A DNA stretch of 63,936 nucleotides, counting the filler, from Pelomyxa schiedti (Eukaryota > Protista > Evosea), in assembly GCA_020536535.1 (NCBI GenBank). It is 10 parts of 10 records of this genome, joined end to end, with 100 filler letters (N's around TTAATTAATTAA, not from the genome) between each part and the next. Parts side by side here need not be neighbours in the genome. Positions count along the whole stretch, not along the records: positions 61,689 to 63,936 come from JAHLWZ010000679.1; 9 more parts are not named here. The stretch is one strand, 5' to 3'. Position 1 is the first letter of the stretch. Each line of letters begins with the position of its first letter. The position numbers were made by a program, and so were the translations under genes. Below are positions 61,689-63,936 of the stretch, one piece after another. Below the pieces are notes generated by a model, which saw nothing but the letters and a program-made list of their open reading frames with translations, ran no database searches and had not been told where the DNA came from.

Positions 61689-62729
61689 AGCCGGTCTTCT
61701 TTGGTTTCTCAGCAATAGGAGAGGATGTAAGCACTCCAACTCTTGCAACTGTGTCAAATAACTCCTGAACACCAACTTGAAGCTTGGAACTTTTCGTGGT
61801 TTTTGAGTGAGATTTGGTGGAATCAAAAGCTGAGTGGAATAGTGGTACATTACCTGCATTGAAAGTAACCATAGGCATTCATTTTTTTGGCCATGGAAAC
61901 TGCTTCTTGAACTGTGACCTGGAGGGGAGAGTGAATACACTTTCCCAAAACGAAGAAGGAAAGCAAACAACAGAAGTTACAACTGATGAGGAGGTTGTGA
62001 CAACGAGGTCCATTTTCAAACCAACAAGGAAAACAATGGTCTGAGTGAGCGTTGACAATGAACTTAAGAAGAAAAAGTAGATTAAAACCTCGGGGGACAC
62101 TTCCCTGATGCTGGAATAGTGTACTGTGAGAACTTCTGACAAGGAGGCTTTATCCACAAGTGAGAAACAAAGTAGCACAATGTGGGAGTTTTTTACACTG
62201 GCGGCAAGCTATAAATGAGGAAAAAAAAGGGGAACCTAAGGTCTTCTAGGTAGGAAACACTTACTAAAGGTCTCTCATTGCTGTAAATTGTTCAGTCCCA
62301 GCACTGCACACAGTGGTAAGTAATTTGCTTTGTATTAGGAAGGTAACAGCAACAACCACAGTTGAGTGTATGAAAGGGTAGTGGTGGTGACACGCACGCA
62401 CATACACACCAATCGAGCACTTCCAATTCAACAGTAACATCATCAACAACAACTCGTTTCCTGCACTGATGAGAGTGAGTGCGCGAGGAATGTATTTTAA
62501 TTGGTGGTTTCAAATACCTCGTATTCGGATCCACCACAATATCCACTTGGGCTCCAGTACCCAAGCAAGAACCTTGCCAAAGTAAAATGTTGCAGTGTAC
62601 AACACAACATTCCGCGGAAAAAGAAACGACGTTGATTCTATCACGGACATACCTCTCAACCAACGAGGTCTTTCCAACACCACTCGCTCCCATCACTGCA
62701 ACTTTGCCCTGTCGCCCTTGGCTGCTCAT
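61689..62729 (-). CDS. Ras/Rap-like small GTPase (multi-exon, 3' end cut)
   Basis: KVAVMGASGVGKTSLV, RKRVVVD...LEVLD|..AGTEQFTAMRDL (Rap-type T61), LLCFSL, LVGLKMDL. Confidence 0.75.
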
Positions 62730-62981
62730 TCAGTTTTTATTCAACCTTGCTTATGATGCTCCATGAGATCTGATTTCACAGAAGTAAGCTAGAAAACCGG
62801 TGGTGTCGACGATGCCAGAATAAAATAACCTTATCTGATAATCATAAGAATAACCCTTCTCCATCCCTAATTTTTCTCCCATTACCCTGCAGGTTGCGAA
62901 AGGCGTCGTGCTGGCTGGTTTGTGCTATGTCTCTTCACCTTTTTCCTCATTTCACAATGTACACATAAGGTGACACTTGAG

Positions 62982-63880
62982 TCAGGCCAATGCACATTCA
63001 GGTTTGTGGCTCTTCTTCTTTTCCTCAACAGGAGAAGGAGCACCTTCAAGTGCCAGGAGCCCAAGGGCTGTGAGAAGTTGAGGAATGTTCCTCATGGTCT
63101 TTGCTGACACCTCAACGAATCCATCACAGTGGTTGGCTTTGGCAAACTCAAGCCCTTGTGAATACGTGACAATAGTTTCTGNNNNNNNNNNNNNNNNNNN
63201 NNNNNNNNNNNNNNNNNNNNNNNNNNNNNNNNNNNNNNNNNNNNNNNNNNNNNNNNNNNNNNNNNNNNNNNNNNNNNNNNNCATGGTCTTTGCTGACACC
63301 TCAACGAATCCATCACAGTGGTTGGCTTTGGCAAACTCAAGCCCTTGTGAATACGTGACAATAGTTTCTGCTGAAGCCACACAGGCTGTTGCAGAGCTCT
63401 GTCGACTGTCAAAAAGATCTGCCTTGTTTCCACACAGAAGTAACTGTGTGTTTAGTGTGAGGGTGATGAGTTTTGGTGTGGGGGTTGTCATCCACCTTTC
63501 CAACATGATTAAATCCACGAATTTCAGCGATTCTTACAGTGAGTGAATTGAGAGAAGAAAGGCGGGTGATATCATAGACAATTAGAATGACTGCTGATCT
63601 GCAGCTCCACTGAGAGGAATTGAGGAAAGGGGGGGAAAAAAGAAACACACAAATGAGCGGTATCTGCCTTTTCCACTTGTGTCTGTTTTGTTTTTAAGAA
63701 AAGGAATAACTGTGGAATGGCATACCCCAAATTTGCAGCTTGACACTGCTGCCCCTGACAGGTGCTTTTGTAATCCAGAAATCCACACCAATCGTGGACT
63801 CTTGGGATTCAAGGAAGGGCTTCCCAATGAATCTTTTTGCAATGCATGTTTTTCCAGTTCCACTGGCACCAATCACACAC
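62982..63880 (-). CDS. Divergent Rab-like small GTPase with CAAX box (multi-exon)
   Basis: IGASGTGKT, TIGVDF, VKLQIW|DTSGKGRYRS, IVYDIT, CGNKADL, EVSAKT, polybasic KKKSHKPECALA*. Confidence 0.8.
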
Positions 63881-63936
63881 GCGTCGATTCCCTGCTGTGC
63901 TGCGATCCCATCACAATCAACAGACTCTGAACGTTC

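Overview
Eukaryotic, intron-rich genomic DNA with short GT-AG introns, mostly ~40-120 bp. It is not one locus: nine artificial 100-bp spacers (N44-TTAATTAATTAA-N44) join ten unrelated scaffolds, and six 100-N scaffold gaps, mostly flanked by ~121-bp duplications, are assembly artefacts. Gene content suggests an anaerobic amoebozoan protist, most likely an Archamoeba such as Pelomyxa. This is my inference from gene families and intron style, not a database result. Recognisable genes: katanin p80, a bacterial-type phosphohexomutase, a GPR180/TMEM145-like 7TM protein, five divergent small GTPases, a Sel1+kinase protein, a RING-B-box-coiled-coil+Sel1 protein and a prokaryote-type 4Fe-4S protein. 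Notable points: (1) a strongly expanded, fast-turnover set of putative SCF-type ubiquitin-ligase adaptors (about ten genes sharing an F-box-like N-terminal motif, three ankyrin proteins with a C-terminal F-box, a Rho-F-box fusion); (2) a probable PH-domain/Ran-like GTPase fusion; (3) a PINK1-like kinase fused to Sel1 repeats; (4) intron-containing genes of likely prokaryotic origin; (5) repeated locally templated sequence patchwork (introns built from copies of their own exons, a 46-bp micro-inversion, chimeric gene relics); (6) a long-TIR non-autonomous DNA transposon. Exon structures were inferred by eye and need RNA-seq confirmation.
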